DNA of 64,000 bases from a virus (taxonomy: Duplodnaviria; Caudoviricetes): positions 1-64,000 of the IMG/VR virus record IMGVR_UViG_3300033075_000861; one strand, written 5' to 3'. The notes beneath the pieces were generated by a model. It made no database searches. It was given only the letters and a program-made list of their open reading frames with translations, and was not told where the DNA came from. The translations under genes and the position numbers were made by a program. Below are positions 28,601-37,192 of the stretch, one piece after another (position 1 is the stretch's first letter; the number at the start of each line of letters is the position of its first letter).

Positions 28601-29100
28601 GGCAGAAGGGCTTTTAGATTATAGAGGTCGTAGGACATGAACTTGGCCCACTCCTCGTCGTTGTCCTCGACCGTCTGCGTGTCCTTGATGAACTGGCCCA
28701 GGAACTCGGAGTACTCGTCGCCGTAGTGGCCCAGTAGTTCCTCGCCGGCGGCGATGTCCCTGAGGAAATAGTAGACGATCTGGGTGGCGTGCTGACTCCG
28801 CTTGGCGAAGCCTTTGTCCATGCAGCGGATCTCGACGTTTTGTTTGTTGCGGTCCTGGGTGTGGTTGACCAGCCCGGCGAAGCCCAGCGGCACGATGACC
28901 GACTTCTTGTCCGGGGCCAGGAACTTGTAGCGGTCGGCGTAGCGGCTGCACTTCTCGCTGAGGCCGTCCACGCGGACGCCGATGACTTCCAGCCAGTCGC
29001 CGGCTTTGAGGTCTTCTTTGGCGAAGCAGCCGAGTCCGGCCTCAGGGATGGTGGACCTGTCGATGTAGTACCTCAGGTCCGTCTCCTGAACGTACATCAT
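28597..29100 (-). CDS. SET-domain protein-lysine methyltransferase
   Basis: STIPEAGLGCFA, GLVNH, RDIAAGEELLGHYG. Confidence 0.85.
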   Translation of the reverse strand: MMYVQETDLRYYIDRSTIPEAGLGCFAKEDLKAGDWLEVIGVRVDGLSEKCSRYADRYKFLAPDKKSVIVPLGFAGLVNHTQDRNKQNVEIRCMDKGFAKRSQHATQIVYYFLRDIAAGEELLGHYGDEYSEFLGQFIKDTQTVEDNDEEWAKFMSYDLYNLKALLP

Positions 29101-29378
29101 TGGAACACCTCCTCGTTGACCTCGATCAGGCCCTCCTCCAGGGCGTGGTTGATCTCGGCCAGTGTGACCGGCCTGCCGATGAAATCCCCGAAAGACTGGG
29201 TCAGGTGGGTGATGATGTTGCCGACGATGCCCCGCATGATCTTAGGGTCTGACCCGTACATGAGGACCGCCTTGCGGATCGCAGCCTCATCCGGCCCCCA
29301 GTCGAATGCCTCGTCTCCAACGACTATCACCCGCCCGTACTCGGGGAACTCCTCGATGTAGATCGACTTGATGCTCAC
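29097..29378 (-). CDS. hypothetical protein
   Basis: GTG overlapping the upstream TGA. Confidence 0.6.
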   Translation of the reverse strand: MSIKSIYIEEFPEYGRVIVVGDEAFDWGPDEAAIRKAVLMYGSDPKIMRGIVGNIITHLTQSFGDFIGRPVTLAEINHALEEGLIEVNEEVFQ

Positions 29379-29995
29379 CGTGCCTTCTCCGTGGTGACGA
29401 TCTGGACCTGCATGCGGCCCTGGGGGAACGGCCCCTCCCACGCCACGTTTCGGTTGACGATCCGGTGCCCGCCAGCGGCGACGACCTGCTCCAGACGCTG
29501 TTTTGTGACGAAGACGTGGTGGAAGTCGGTGCCGTTATCGATGTCGCGGTCGGTGATCTGGATGTCGAACACCGCCCTGGGTGCCAGGCTGAGGAGCAGC
29601 ATAAGAACGTCGTCGCACTCATGCAGGCCGAAGTGCTTCAGGAAGGCGAAACAGCAGGCCAGGTCGAACTCGCCGTGGTTCTCTTTCAGCCAGGCCGGGC
29701 TGATCTCCCGCACGTCGCGGTAGACAAAAGTGCGGTCAGGCCGGTTCTTGCCTTTGGCCCAGCCCAGGAAGGTCGGGTTCTTGTCGAAACCGACGTAGCG
29801 GACGCCGGCAGGCAGTTCCCTGGCAATCCAGCCAGAACCGCAGCCCAGTTCCACCACGCTCTTGGCGTTGAACTCGGACAGGGCGAGTTCAAGCTGGGCA
29901 TAGTTCCGCTTGTACTCCTTGACCTCGTCCCAGGCTTTCTCCTCAGCGATGGCGAGGTCGCCAACGTAGTACTCAGAGATGTCCTTCATTACCAC
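29375..29995 (-). CDS. class I SAM-dependent methyltransferase
   Basis: VVELGCGSG, YVGFD, FDLACC. Confidence 0.85.
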   Translation of the reverse strand: MVMKDISEYYVGDLAIAEEKAWDEVKEYKRNYAQLELALSEFNAKSVVELGCGSGWIARELPAGVRYVGFDKNPTFLGWAKGKNRPDRTFVYRDVREISPAWLKENHGEFDLACCFAFLKHFGLHECDDVLMLLLSLAPRAVFDIQITDRDIDNGTDFHHVFVTKQRLEQVVAAGGHRIVNRNVAWEGPFPQGRMQVQIVTTEKAR

Positions 29996-30945
29996 CCTCT
30001 CTTTGCTATTTCATCGAAGACGTAGTCCACGTCGTGCTTGCCATAGATGAGTGGCATGTGCTTGCCTTGTGCGATCATTTCAGGGCTTGCCCACGCCGAC
30101 GCCATCGACTCCTCAAAGCTGGCGTAGAAGTGGGGAGAGATCGAGTCCCCCTTGGCCCTCCAGAAGATGCCAACCGGCACGCCCAGGTAGTTGGACACGA
30201 TCCCGATGCCGGACTGGTAGGAGATGACGAACCTGGCTTTCTTCAGGGCCGCGTAGGTCTGGCCGATGCCCCAGAAGCCGATGTGGTCCTCCCAGGGTTC
30301 GTCCAGCAGCGGCTTGATCACGTTGTCATAGTAGTCGCGTTCGTGTTCACTGCCGACGACCATGATGCGGCACTTGTACTTCCGCTTGAGCCGCCGCCCA
30401 AGCTCCACCCAGTCGTGCGGCTTCCAGATGGAGTTGCGGTTGTGCCCGGCGACCGTGTTGCTCGCCCTGGACCCCAGGAAGAACACGACGTAGTTGTCGC
30501 CCAGGCCCTGGGCAAGCAACTCCTCCTCGGGCCTGAAACTGAAACTGCCCATAGCTTTCCAGTTGATGGCGAACTGAGGCAGCCAGTTCTCCAGCCGGAT
30601 TCCCCTCTCTAGGGCGGCGTTGGGCATGAGGACGTAGTCGATGCCAGGCAGGGTGGTATAGCCGTCTGGGATGTAACGGAAATACCCCTGAGCGTCGGCG
30701 GGATCGCCCGGCAGCAGCACCGGGCCGACCTGACCTTGGCTCAGGGGTATTCCGTACATCTCGGCTGACCGGACGAAGCTGAAGCGACGGACGAAATCCA
30801 ACGCCCTGGCCTCGGCCTTGTTGGTGGGGTCGATACAGGCGATCTTCACATGGATGGCATCGGCACCAAGCTGCCTGGCGGCGTCCTCGATCTTGAGCAA
30901 CGCCCAGACGGTGTCGCCAATGCCTTGCGGGGTCAGGAAGTTCAT
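29989..30945 (-). CDS. GT9-like (heptosyltransferase-fold) glycosyltransferase
   Basis: QGIGDTVWAL; WKPHDWVELG; ARFVISYQSGIGIVSNYLGVP. Confidence 0.7.
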   Translation of the reverse strand: MNFLTPQGIGDTVWALLKIEDAARQLGADAIHVKIACIDPTNKAEARALDFVRRFSFVRSAEMYGIPLSQGQVGPVLLPGDPADAQGYFRYIPDGYTTLPGIDYVLMPNAALERGIRLENWLPQFAINWKAMGSFSFRPEEELLAQGLGDNYVVFFLGSRASNTVAGHNRNSIWKPHDWVELGRRLKRKYKCRIMVVGSEHERDYYDNVIKPLLDEPWEDHIGFWGIGQTYAALKKARFVISYQSGIGIVSNYLGVPVGIFWRAKGDSISPHFYASFEESMASAWASPEMIAQGKHMPLIYGKHDVDYVFDEIAKRGW

Positions 30946-30949
30946 GCCC

Positions 30950-31459
30950 TTATGTAGTGGCGGGCGGCTCCTGACGCTTCTTGCTCCAGTACAGGTTCAA
31001 CATCGTATCCAGGGTCACCTCGCCCTTGCCCCTGGCCTCGGCCAGCACCTCGGCGGCGAAGCGGGGCCTCTTGTTTTTGTCCGCGAAGGCGTCCCAGCAC
31101 TTCAGGCAGCGGGTTTTCCACCAGCCGGTGGACGAGTAAGGCATGGTATCCTCGCGGCTGCCGCAGTCCTCGCAGGTCGTCTCCGACTCTTTCTCGTACC
31201 CCTCGATGATCTCGTAGAGCGTGTCATCGCCGCCCTCAAAGTAGACCCTCAGGGAGGCAAACTTCTCCTTGATCTGGGCGAACCGGAAGTCGAGTTCCGG
31301 CCTGTCCTTGACGTACTCCTCGATTCTCTCGCACATCCGCCAGATGATGTCGAACCAGCCGGCGTCGTGTTCGATGCCGAACATCATGCGGTTCGTCCGC
31401 AGGTTGCGGAAGAAGGAGGGGAACCTGTCGGCCAGCTTCTTTTCCAGTTCGCGGTCCAT
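30950..31459 (-). CDS. conserved phage hypothetical protein
   Basis: GWFDII...QIKEKFASLRVY...TCEDCG. Confidence 0.7.
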   Translation of the reverse strand: MDRELEKKLADRFPSFFRNLRTNRMMFGIEHDAGWFDIIWRMCERIEEYVKDRPELDFRFAQIKEKFASLRVYFEGGDDTLYEIIEGYEKESETTCEDCGSREDTMPYSSTGWWKTRCLKCWDAFADKNKRPRFAAEVLAEARGKGEVTLDTMLNLYWSKKRQEPPATT

Positions 31460-31467
31460 GACGCACC

Positions 31468-31713
31468 TCAGAGTTTCTTGCCACAGTGGGGGCAGTGGCG
31501 AATCCAGATCCACCCCCCACCCACTATATCAGAAAGTCTGATCCCCCACTTCCCCCTGGCGAACTTCTCGTACCGCACTTCGTACAGGCACGACTTGGTC
31601 CTGTAGTCGAAGGCATCGCAGCAAGGTTTGAACCGCTTGGGCACCCTCTGCGTGCCGTCCAGGCACTCGTCGTTGGTGACGTGGTGAATCCTCTTGTTGG
31701 CCTCTTCGTTCAT
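31468..31713 (-). CDS. small Zn-ribbon protein
   Basis: PCC...HCPHCG. Confidence 0.6.
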   Translation of the reverse strand: MNEEANKRIHHVTNDECLDGTQRVPKRFKPCCDAFDYRTKSCLYEVRYEKFARGKWGIRLSDIVGGGWIWIRHCPHCGKKL

Positions 31714-31904
31714 GACTCCTCACTAACTGTGAATATGCCCATCGCCTTGATCACGTCAGCCTCCTCAATCGTCTCCTTGCCGGACCAGCCGAAGTGCAGC
31801 GTTCCTAGTTGAGGGTGCCAGCCCCTGTAGTAGCGTCGGACCCTCATGAAACAGCCGCTCTGGGCGATTACCTCGGTGCCCACGATCTCAGGCTTGTCGT
31901 TCAC
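31710..31904 (-). CDS. small hypothetical protein
   Basis: GTG after AAGGAGG; VNDKPEIVG... Confidence 0.5.
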   Translation of the reverse strand: MNDKPEIVGTEVIAQSGCFMRVRRYYRGWHPQLGTLHFGWSGKETIEEADVIKAMGIFTVSEES

Positions 31905-31991
31905 GGTCGCCTCCTTTATCAGGACGCGGGATTGTAAACGGTCGTCCTGAGCCATAGCTAGGCTAATTAGACCTTCAACCAAGGAGGAAGG

Positions 31992-32735
31992 ATGAGGAAG
32001 TTCGGTTGGAAGCCATCGCCGGTGAAGTTCAAGTTCACCCAGGCGGTGGCCCCCGTTGGTATGGCCCCGCCGCCCGCTCGGTGGGACATCGGCAAGTACT
32101 TGCCGCCCGTCTACGATCAGGAAGACCTCGGCTCCTGCACGGCCAACGCCAGTGCGGCCCTGGCCCAGACCCTGATGAACGTCCTGGGAAGGAAGGTCTT
32201 CCGCCCCAGCCGCCTGGCCCTGTACTACTGGACCCGTCTCAGGGAGGGCAACGTCGAGGAGGACACCGGATGCTCGGTGGCCGACGCCTGCAACACGTTG
32301 TTCCTCAACGGCGTGCCCAACGAGGCGAAGTGGGCCTATGACACCAAGAAGTTCACCGAGGAGCCGCCGATCAACGTCGCCCGGCTCGCCATGCAGCACC
32401 GCACCCACGCCCCCGAGTCGGTGAAGCCGGACGCCCCGTCCATCGAGGCGATGATCGCCCAGAACCACCCGGTCGCCTTCGGCTTCTGGGTGTTCAAGTC
32501 GTTCGACAACGTCGGCTCGGACGGCCTGGTGCCCATGCCCAAGAGGGACGAGGAGAAGTACGGCGGTCACGCCGTCTGCATCGTCGGCTACGACAGGGAC
32601 AAGCAACTGTTCAAGGTGAGGAACAGTTGGGGCACCGAGTGGGGCGACAAGGGCTACTGCTACATGCCCTACAAGTTCGTCATCAACCGGAGGATCTCCG
32701 AGGACTTCTGGGTCGTCCGCGACCTGAAGTGGTAA
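31992..32735 (+). CDS. C1-family (papain-like) cysteine peptidase
   Basis: DQEDLGSCTANA, GGHAVCIVGYD, VRNSWG. Confidence 0.92.
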   Translation: MRKFGWKPSPVKFKFTQAVAPVGMAPPPARWDIGKYLPPVYDQEDLGSCTANASAALAQTLMNVLGRKVFRPSRLALYYWTRLREGNVEEDTGCSVADACNTLFLNGVPNEAKWAYDTKKFTEEPPINVARLAMQHRTHAPESVKPDAPSIEAMIAQNHPVAFGFWVFKSFDNVGSDGLVPMPKRDEEKYGGHAVCIVGYDRDKQLFKVRNSWGTEWGDKGYCYMPYKFVINRRISEDFWVVRDLKW

Positions 32736-32740
32736 ACGAA

Positions 32741-32770
32741 GAGGGCCGGGTGGTTAGCCGCCCGACCCTC
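32741..32770. terminator. intrinsic terminator between convergent genes
   Basis: GAGGGCCGGGTGG-TTAG-CCGCCCGACCCTC. Confidence 0.6.
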
Positions 32771-32776
32771 AGTCTT

Positions 32777-33025
32777 TCAGCAGAACCGCGATTCCCACTT
32801 GCCGTCGCGTTCGTAGGAGTCGAGCATCAGGTCGTACCTGCTGCTGTCCGTACATCCCTTCAGGCGGATCAGGTTGCCGTCCTCGACCCGGTCCACCCGG
32901 ACCCACTCGCCATCGGTCAGGACGATCTTGTCGCCCGGCTCGGGCATCTTGTCGATCTCGACCTCGCGGCGTGCCTGGAAGCCGCCGTCGCGGCAGTTCC
33001 ACTCCTCGATGAGGTAGGTCTTCAT
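32777..33025 (-). CDS. hypothetical protein
   Basis: 82 aa, GAGGAG RBS. Confidence 0.6.
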   Translation of the reverse strand: MKTYLIEEWNCRDGGFQARREVEIDKMPEPGDKIVLTDGEWVRVDRVEDGNLIRLKGCTDSSRYDLMLDSYERDGKWESRFC

Positions 33026-33054
33026 TCCTGCTCCTCGCGGGTTCGGACCCGCAG

Positions 33055-33315
33055 TTACTCCTGCTCCTCAAAAGCCTCCTGGGCACGCCTGAGTTCGTTC
33101 AGCACCGACTCAAGCTGGAGGACGTAGTTCTCCACGTCTTCCGAGTTGCCGAAGGTGATGTGGACGTTGCCGAGGACGGGACCGCTGTTCCATCCGTGCC
33201 CGGTGTGGTTGTCGTAGCTCAATTTGACCTGGGTCAGTTTGCCGCCGGCCATCGTCTTCTGGACGCTGACCGAGGGCAGGGCCGACGTTGCGTTCTGAGG
33301 TGACATGCCCATCAC
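33055..33315 (-). CDS. hypothetical protein
   Basis: 86 aa, coupled. Confidence 0.55.
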   Translation of the reverse strand: MMGMSPQNATSALPSVSVQKTMAGGKLTQVKLSYDNHTGHGWNSGPVLGNVHITFGNSEDVENYVLQLESVLNELRRAQEAFEEQE

Positions 33316-33584
33316 TGCTCGCCTCCGTAGGTCTTCTCGACCTCATCAATGGCCTTGATGGCGTTCTGAAGCTCGTTCCTGTAGTGAAGGAGCGTCTTTT
33401 TGTCGTTCAGGTTGACCTTGCCATCGTGAAGCTGGCGGAACTGGATGGTCAGCGTCTTGGGGTTAGGTCCGTCTGAGGTGATGGTCGTCACCACGGACGG
33501 CAGGCGGTCCTCGGGCCTGCCGGGGCAGCCGGTCAGCAGGACGGCACACAGGGCCAGCAACGCGGCCCCCAGGGTCTTCTTCAT
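33312..33584 (-). CDS. lipoprotein
   Basis: MKKTLGAALLALCAVLLTGC lipobox; AAGGAGG RBS. Confidence 0.75.
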   Translation of the reverse strand: MKKTLGAALLALCAVLLTGCPGRPEDRLPSVVTTITSDGPNPKTLTIQFRQLHDGKVNLNDKKTLLHYRNELQNAIKAIDEVEKTYGGEQ

Positions 33585-34003
33585 CACTCCTCCTTGTCGT
33601 CTTCCTTGGTCGGGTCGATCTTGCCGTTCTCGTAGTCGGCGTAGCAGGCGGGGCACAAATCGATTTCCTCGTTGGGAATCGGGGCGAGCTTCAGGAGCTT
33701 CAGGGACACCTCGTTGAAGCAGTAGTCGCAGTGACCCCCGCTGCACGTCTCGCCCTCCACATCGACGTGCTGAATCTTCTGGCCCTTGAAGAACCCCCAG
33801 AAAGCCAGATCCCCGGTGTGGAAGTAGTGGTAGCCGTTGTGTTCGGAGGCTACCAGAAGCCACTCGCCGTACCTCCAGGCCAGGGCGTGGCGGAACGTCA
33901 GGGCGGTGCCGTCCTCATGGTTGACCTGAACGATGGAGTCTCCGAACACCGGGGCCGTCAGCTTCATCCTGCCGATGATCTCTTCGCACAGTTTCTGGTT
34001 CAT
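33584..34003 (-). CDS. hypothetical protein with a C-terminal Zn finger
   Basis: CDYC...CPAC. Confidence 0.65.
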   Translation of the reverse strand: MNQKLCEEIIGRMKLTAPVFGDSIVQVNHEDGTALTFRHALAWRYGEWLLVASEHNGYHYFHTGDLAFWGFFKGQKIQHVDVEGETCSGGHCDYCFNEVSLKLLKLAPIPNEEIDLCPACYADYENGKIDPTKEDDKEE

Positions 34004-34110
34004 GTGTGTACCTAGGGTGGTGGCCTGACGGCAAAATCCGTCGCCCGTATAAACCACGAATACGCCGTTGCATAGTTACGGCGGCGAGGGAGCGTGGGGG
34101 CCACCCCAAA

Positions 34111-34602
34111 TCACTTTCCAGGGCAGTTCGGGGAAGGCCACTCAGCCGCCAACCAATCCGGCAATCCGGGGGTAACCCTGGTGACCTTAACCTTCTCCAG
34201 TTCCGCGTGCAAGCCAGTCTCGGCCCGAATCCTCTTCATAGCCGTCTTGAGCTTCTCCGGGTCGAACGGCGGCTTGGGCAGCATGTACCAGTGCCCGTCG
34301 TTGACGTAGTCCTCGTAGCACCAGCCCCTGGTCGCCTTCCTGACGCCGTCGATGCTGTAGATAGACACCTCGGGACGCCACTTCAGCGACAGGCAGCCAG
34401 GCTCCACACTGACGTAGAAATCGACCTCTTGGTCAGGCATCTCCTGATCGAAAATCTCCTTCACCTTGGCTTTGGCGGCTCGGGAGATGTCGCTGACTTC
34501 TTCCTTGATCTGGTCGCCCAGGCGGCGGTGCCTCAACTGCATGTGTCGGCAGCGGCTGACTTTCCTGAGGATGATGTCAGCCGTGGTTCGTGTTTTGCTC
34601 AT
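34111..34602 (-). CDS. hypothetical protein
   Basis: 163 aa. Confidence 0.6.
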   Translation of the reverse strand: MSKTRTTADIILRKVSRCRHMQLRHRRLGDQIKEEVSDISRAAKAKVKEIFDQEMPDQEVDFYVSVEPGCLSLKWRPEVSIYSIDGVRKATRGWCYEDYVNDGHWYMLPKPPFDPEKLKTAMKRIRAETGLHAELEKVKVTRVTPGLPDWLAAEWPSPNCPGK

Positions 34603-34622
34603 GTTACATGATAAGAAACGAA

Positions 34623-34652
34623 GACACCCCCGGAGGTCAGTCCGGGGGTGTC
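34623..34652 (-). terminator. terminator closing the tRNA operon
   Basis: GACACCCCCGGA-loop-TCCGGGGGTGTC then TTCGTTTCTT on the minus strand. Confidence 0.7.
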
Positions 34653-34737
34653 TGAGGCGACAACTACCTGCCGAGGTGTGAGCGGAAGACTAACGGCGTA
34701 GCCGTGATGGACCAGTGCTTCGACTCAATTCACAAAG

Positions 34738-34826
34738 CGGAAGGAGCGGGAGTCGAACCCGCACAGCACCTTTCGGTGCTGACTCGGCTTCCAACCGAGC
34801 GGACTTGCCAATGTACCAACCCTTCC
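34738..34826 (-). tRNA. tRNA-Ser(GGA)
   Basis: Acceptor GGAAGGG/TCCTTCC, loop TTGGAAG, long variable arm, GGTTCGA, G73. Confidence 0.9.
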
Positions 34827-35018
34827 TTACGTTCTCCCGAAGGAGAGGTTCTTCTGCAAACGGACCTCCTTGTTGAGAAAGGTCCAGCACTCGCCGCTCT
34901 CGTCCAAGAAGATCACCCACATCAGGTCGTGTTCCTGGGAGTAGTCGATCAAGACATGGGCAAATCCTTTGCCCCTAGGGGTGTCCAGCGGGATCGGTGG
35001 ATCAAGCCTGAGCATCAT
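34827..35018 (-). CDS. small conserved phage protein
   Basis: LDPPIPLDTPRGKGFAH...IDYSQEHDL; CTAGATA 4 nt upstream. Confidence 0.7.
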   Translation of the reverse strand: MMLRLDPPIPLDTPRGKGFAHVLIDYSQEHDLMWVIFLDESGECWTFLNKEVRLQKNLSFGRT

Positions 35019-35025
35019 GCCCTAT

Positions 35026-35223
35026 CTAGTCTTTTGTCAGGTTGGCCGTCGTATGACCGTGGGCGGTCCCGATCTCTAGGATCGTTTTCGCCTCGGAGTG
35101 CTTGAGCAGGGCAAGGATTACAGCCACGTCCAGAAGCGGCGTGTAGTACGACAGGGCGTCGGGGGCCTCGACCCGGTTATACTTGCCAAAGAACTCGTCT
35201 TGGCTGATGGTGGCGATCTTCAT
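35026..35223 (-). pseudogene. truncated SAM-methyltransferase
   Basis: Ends 9 residues after motif I (ILEIGTAHG) at a TAG that lies within the CTAGATA motif of the next gene. Confidence 0.55.
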
Positions 35224-35225
35224 GC

Positions 35226-35459
35226 CTAGAACATAGTAGGTTCGTGACCGAAGTCCTCACGCAGCCGCCGCCGGCAGTTCTCGTAGTAGGACGCCTTCCT
35301 CTGGTCGATCTCGGCGTCGGCGTAGTTGTGGGCGATGAACAGCCCCTGGAGGATGTCCCAGTCGTTGTCCCACAGCACCTCCAGCCAGAATAGCCTGTCC
35401 CGACGCTCGTCATCGGGGAGGCTGAGGATCTCAGCCCTCGATTCTTCATAGGTCTTCAT
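35226..35459 (-). CDS. hypothetical protein
   Basis: 77 aa. Confidence 0.6.
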   Translation of the reverse strand: MKTYEESRAEILSLPDDERRDRLFWLEVLWDNDWDILQGLFIAHNYADAEIDQRKASYYENCRRRLREDFGHEPTMF

Positions 35460-35483
35460 GAAAAGCTCGCCTTATCATCTAGC

Positions 35484-36194
35484 ATGGGTACTTCCATACT
35501 AGCTGAGTGGGGCATTGACGAATACCGCCTCACCAACATCCTGAGCAACAACCCTAGCCTAAAAGGCATGCTTCTGGGCTACGTTGCCGAGGACAAACTG
35601 ACCGAGCGGCTGGCGGGCGACCACCGCCTTGTCGTGCTTGAGAAGCCGGACGACCACGACCGGAAGAACAAGGGCGACCGCGTGGTGTCCTACAAGGGCC
35701 ACAGGTTCCGTATGGAGTCCAAATGCCTCCAGGGCAACTCGATCAAGAGGAGTGCCGCCGGCGGCAGCGGCAAGGCCCAGTGTGACGCCAGTGATTGCAG
35801 GATGGTGGTGCTGCCCGATGGTCAGGCGGTCAAAACGACGTGTCTCAAGTACGACGAGTTCGACATCCTGGCCGTGTGCCTTTACTCGCTGACAGGTTCA
35901 TGGGATTTCGGATTCATCCTCAACAGGGATCTGCCGCCTACCGGGGCCTACACCGAGGATGTCAACCGTCACCTCATCAAGACATCGGTCAGCATCGAGT
36001 GGCCCTTGAGGTCGCCATTCGTGGATGACTACTGCCCCCTGATGGACCTGCTTATCGAGCGGAAGGAGCGGGAGTTGAACCCGCAGTCCCCCGAGGGGGA
36101 CGGCAGTTTAGCAAACTGCTGCGACGAACCGATAGTCGCCTCCCTTCCATGTGTCCAATCCAGTCGCCCAGAGTTACTTGTCGCCTTGGCGTGA
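35484..36194 (+). CDS. restriction-endonuclease-like (PD-(D/E)xK) free-standing nuclease
   Basis: NPSLKGMLLGYVAE, DDHDRKNKGD, MESKCLQ, DASD, EFDILAV; the C-terminus runs antisense through tRNA-Ser(GCT). Confidence 0.65.
   Translation: MGTSILAEWGIDEYRLTNILSNNPSLKGMLLGYVAEDKLTERLAGDHRLVVLEKPDDHDRKNKGDRVVSYKGHRFRMESKCLQGNSIKRSAAGGSGKAQCDASDCRMVVLPDGQAVKTTCLKYDEFDILAVCLYSLTGSWDFGFILNRDLPPTGAYTEDVNRHLIKTSVSIEWPLRSPFVDDYCPLMDLLIERKERELNPQSPEGDGSLANCCDEPIVASLPCVQSSRPELLVALA
36060..36148 (-). tRNA. tRNA-Ser(GCT)
   Basis: Stem GCAGT/ACTGC, loop TTGCTAA, long variable arm. Confidence 0.9.
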
Positions 36195-36276
36195 TCTCGC
36201 CTGCCACAGCTTTCACTCAGGCCCCAGGGGTTCTGCTGAGAGTCGTTTCACGACACTAAGACCGAATCGAACAGTT

Positions 36277-36523
36277 TCAGTCGATGACCAAGCATATCAG
36301 ACCAGCGTGTAGTCTCCTGTGACAGTTGGCACAAAGTATCACGCACTTGGCTATCTCGTCCTTAATCCTTGGCATTCCGTAGTCCCGGTCCCGTCCTATG
36401 CTGAAAGTCTTGTCCCGCAAGTGATGGAAATCCAAGCAGGCCACGCATGTCTCGCCGCCCAGCCCTCTTCTTGTTGAAGTCGGCTATAGGTTTTTCTTCG
36501 TTGCAGAGTGTGCAGGTCTTCAT
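36277..36523 (-). pseudogene. HNH endonuclease pseudogene (internal deletion/frameshift)
   Basis: Frame 1 MKTCTLCNEEKPIADFNKK; frame 2 CVACLDFHH...EIAKCVILCANCHRRLH. Confidence 0.7.
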
Positions 36524-36567
36524 GTCCTAATGTAGTCAGGGAGATGAAAACCTGCTCTGTATTTCAG

Positions 36568-36639
36568 TGCCACCCCACGGAGTTGAACCGTGGCTCGATG
36601 CTCTTCAGGCATCTGTGCAGACCCCTACACCAGAGTGGC
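36568..36639 (-). tRNA. tRNA-Phe(GAA)
   Basis: GCCACTC/GGGTGGC, GATGC-CTGAAGA-GCATC, GGTTCAA. Confidence 0.85.
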
Positions 36640-36668
36640 ATTTGACGGAGACATAATCGCCTGCGGGT

Positions 36669-36753
36669 TGATTCCTGTGGGATTCGATACCCACAAATCC
36701 CTTGCGGGATGCCGACTTTTGAGGTCAGTGTGTTTACTTTACACGAAGGAACC
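36669..36753 (-). tRNA. atypical tRNA-Leu(CAA) inside a bipartite stem cassette (36643-36773)
   Basis: GGTTCCT/AGGAATC, GTGT/ACAC D-stem, CTGAC-CTCAAAA-GTCGG, variable arm ATCCC-GCAA-GGGAT, 8-nt T-loop. Confidence 0.7.
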
Positions 36754-36774
36754 GCAAACTGCAACTTCCGTCAG

Positions 36775-36858
36775 TCGGGGAGGCGGGAGTCGAACCCGCA
36801 TGGCTCAAGGCCGGCATGGTTTAAGCATGCTGTGTCTCACCATTTCCACCACACCCCG
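36775..36858 (-). tRNA. tRNA-Leu(TAA)
   Basis: GCATG-CTTAAAC-CATGC, long variable arm. Confidence 0.85.
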
Positions 36859-36859
36859 A

Positions 36860-37165
36860 TTACTCGTAACCCAACTCCTTGATCGCCCTGTCGGCATCCT
36901 TCTTGTAGCCGATGCCGACCTTAGACCTCTCCCTCCTGATGAGGTTCTCCGCGTGTGCCTTGAGACTAAGGGCATCGGTGTTTCTTTTCCGCCACCTCTT
37001 CGCAGCACGTCTGTGTCCTTCGGGATTATCTTTCCTGCGTTGCCTCGATTTTTCAGCACGACATTGCAGGCACTGGTAGTCTAACCCAGACTTGGTGGCT
37101 TCGTTTACGCCGAACGCCGAAGTCGGTTTGGCGTTTTTGCAACCGCTACAATAGGTCAGGTTCAT
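36860..37165 (-). CDS. Zn-ribbon DNA-binding domain of a homing endonuclease, no nuclease domain visible
   Basis: YCSGCKNAKPTSAF...GLDYQCLQC. Confidence 0.6.
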   Translation of the reverse strand: MNLTYCSGCKNAKPTSAFGVNEATKSGLDYQCLQCRAEKSRQRRKDNPEGHRRAAKRWRKRNTDALSLKAHAENLIRRERSKVGIGYKKDADRAIKELGYE

Positions 37166-37192
37166 GTGAGTCTCCTGACCTATTGTAGCGGC

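Noticed and set aside
33312-33584. Lipoprotein as an o-spanin
   Set aside because: No i-spanin, holin or endolysin adjacent; kept as a generic lipoprotein
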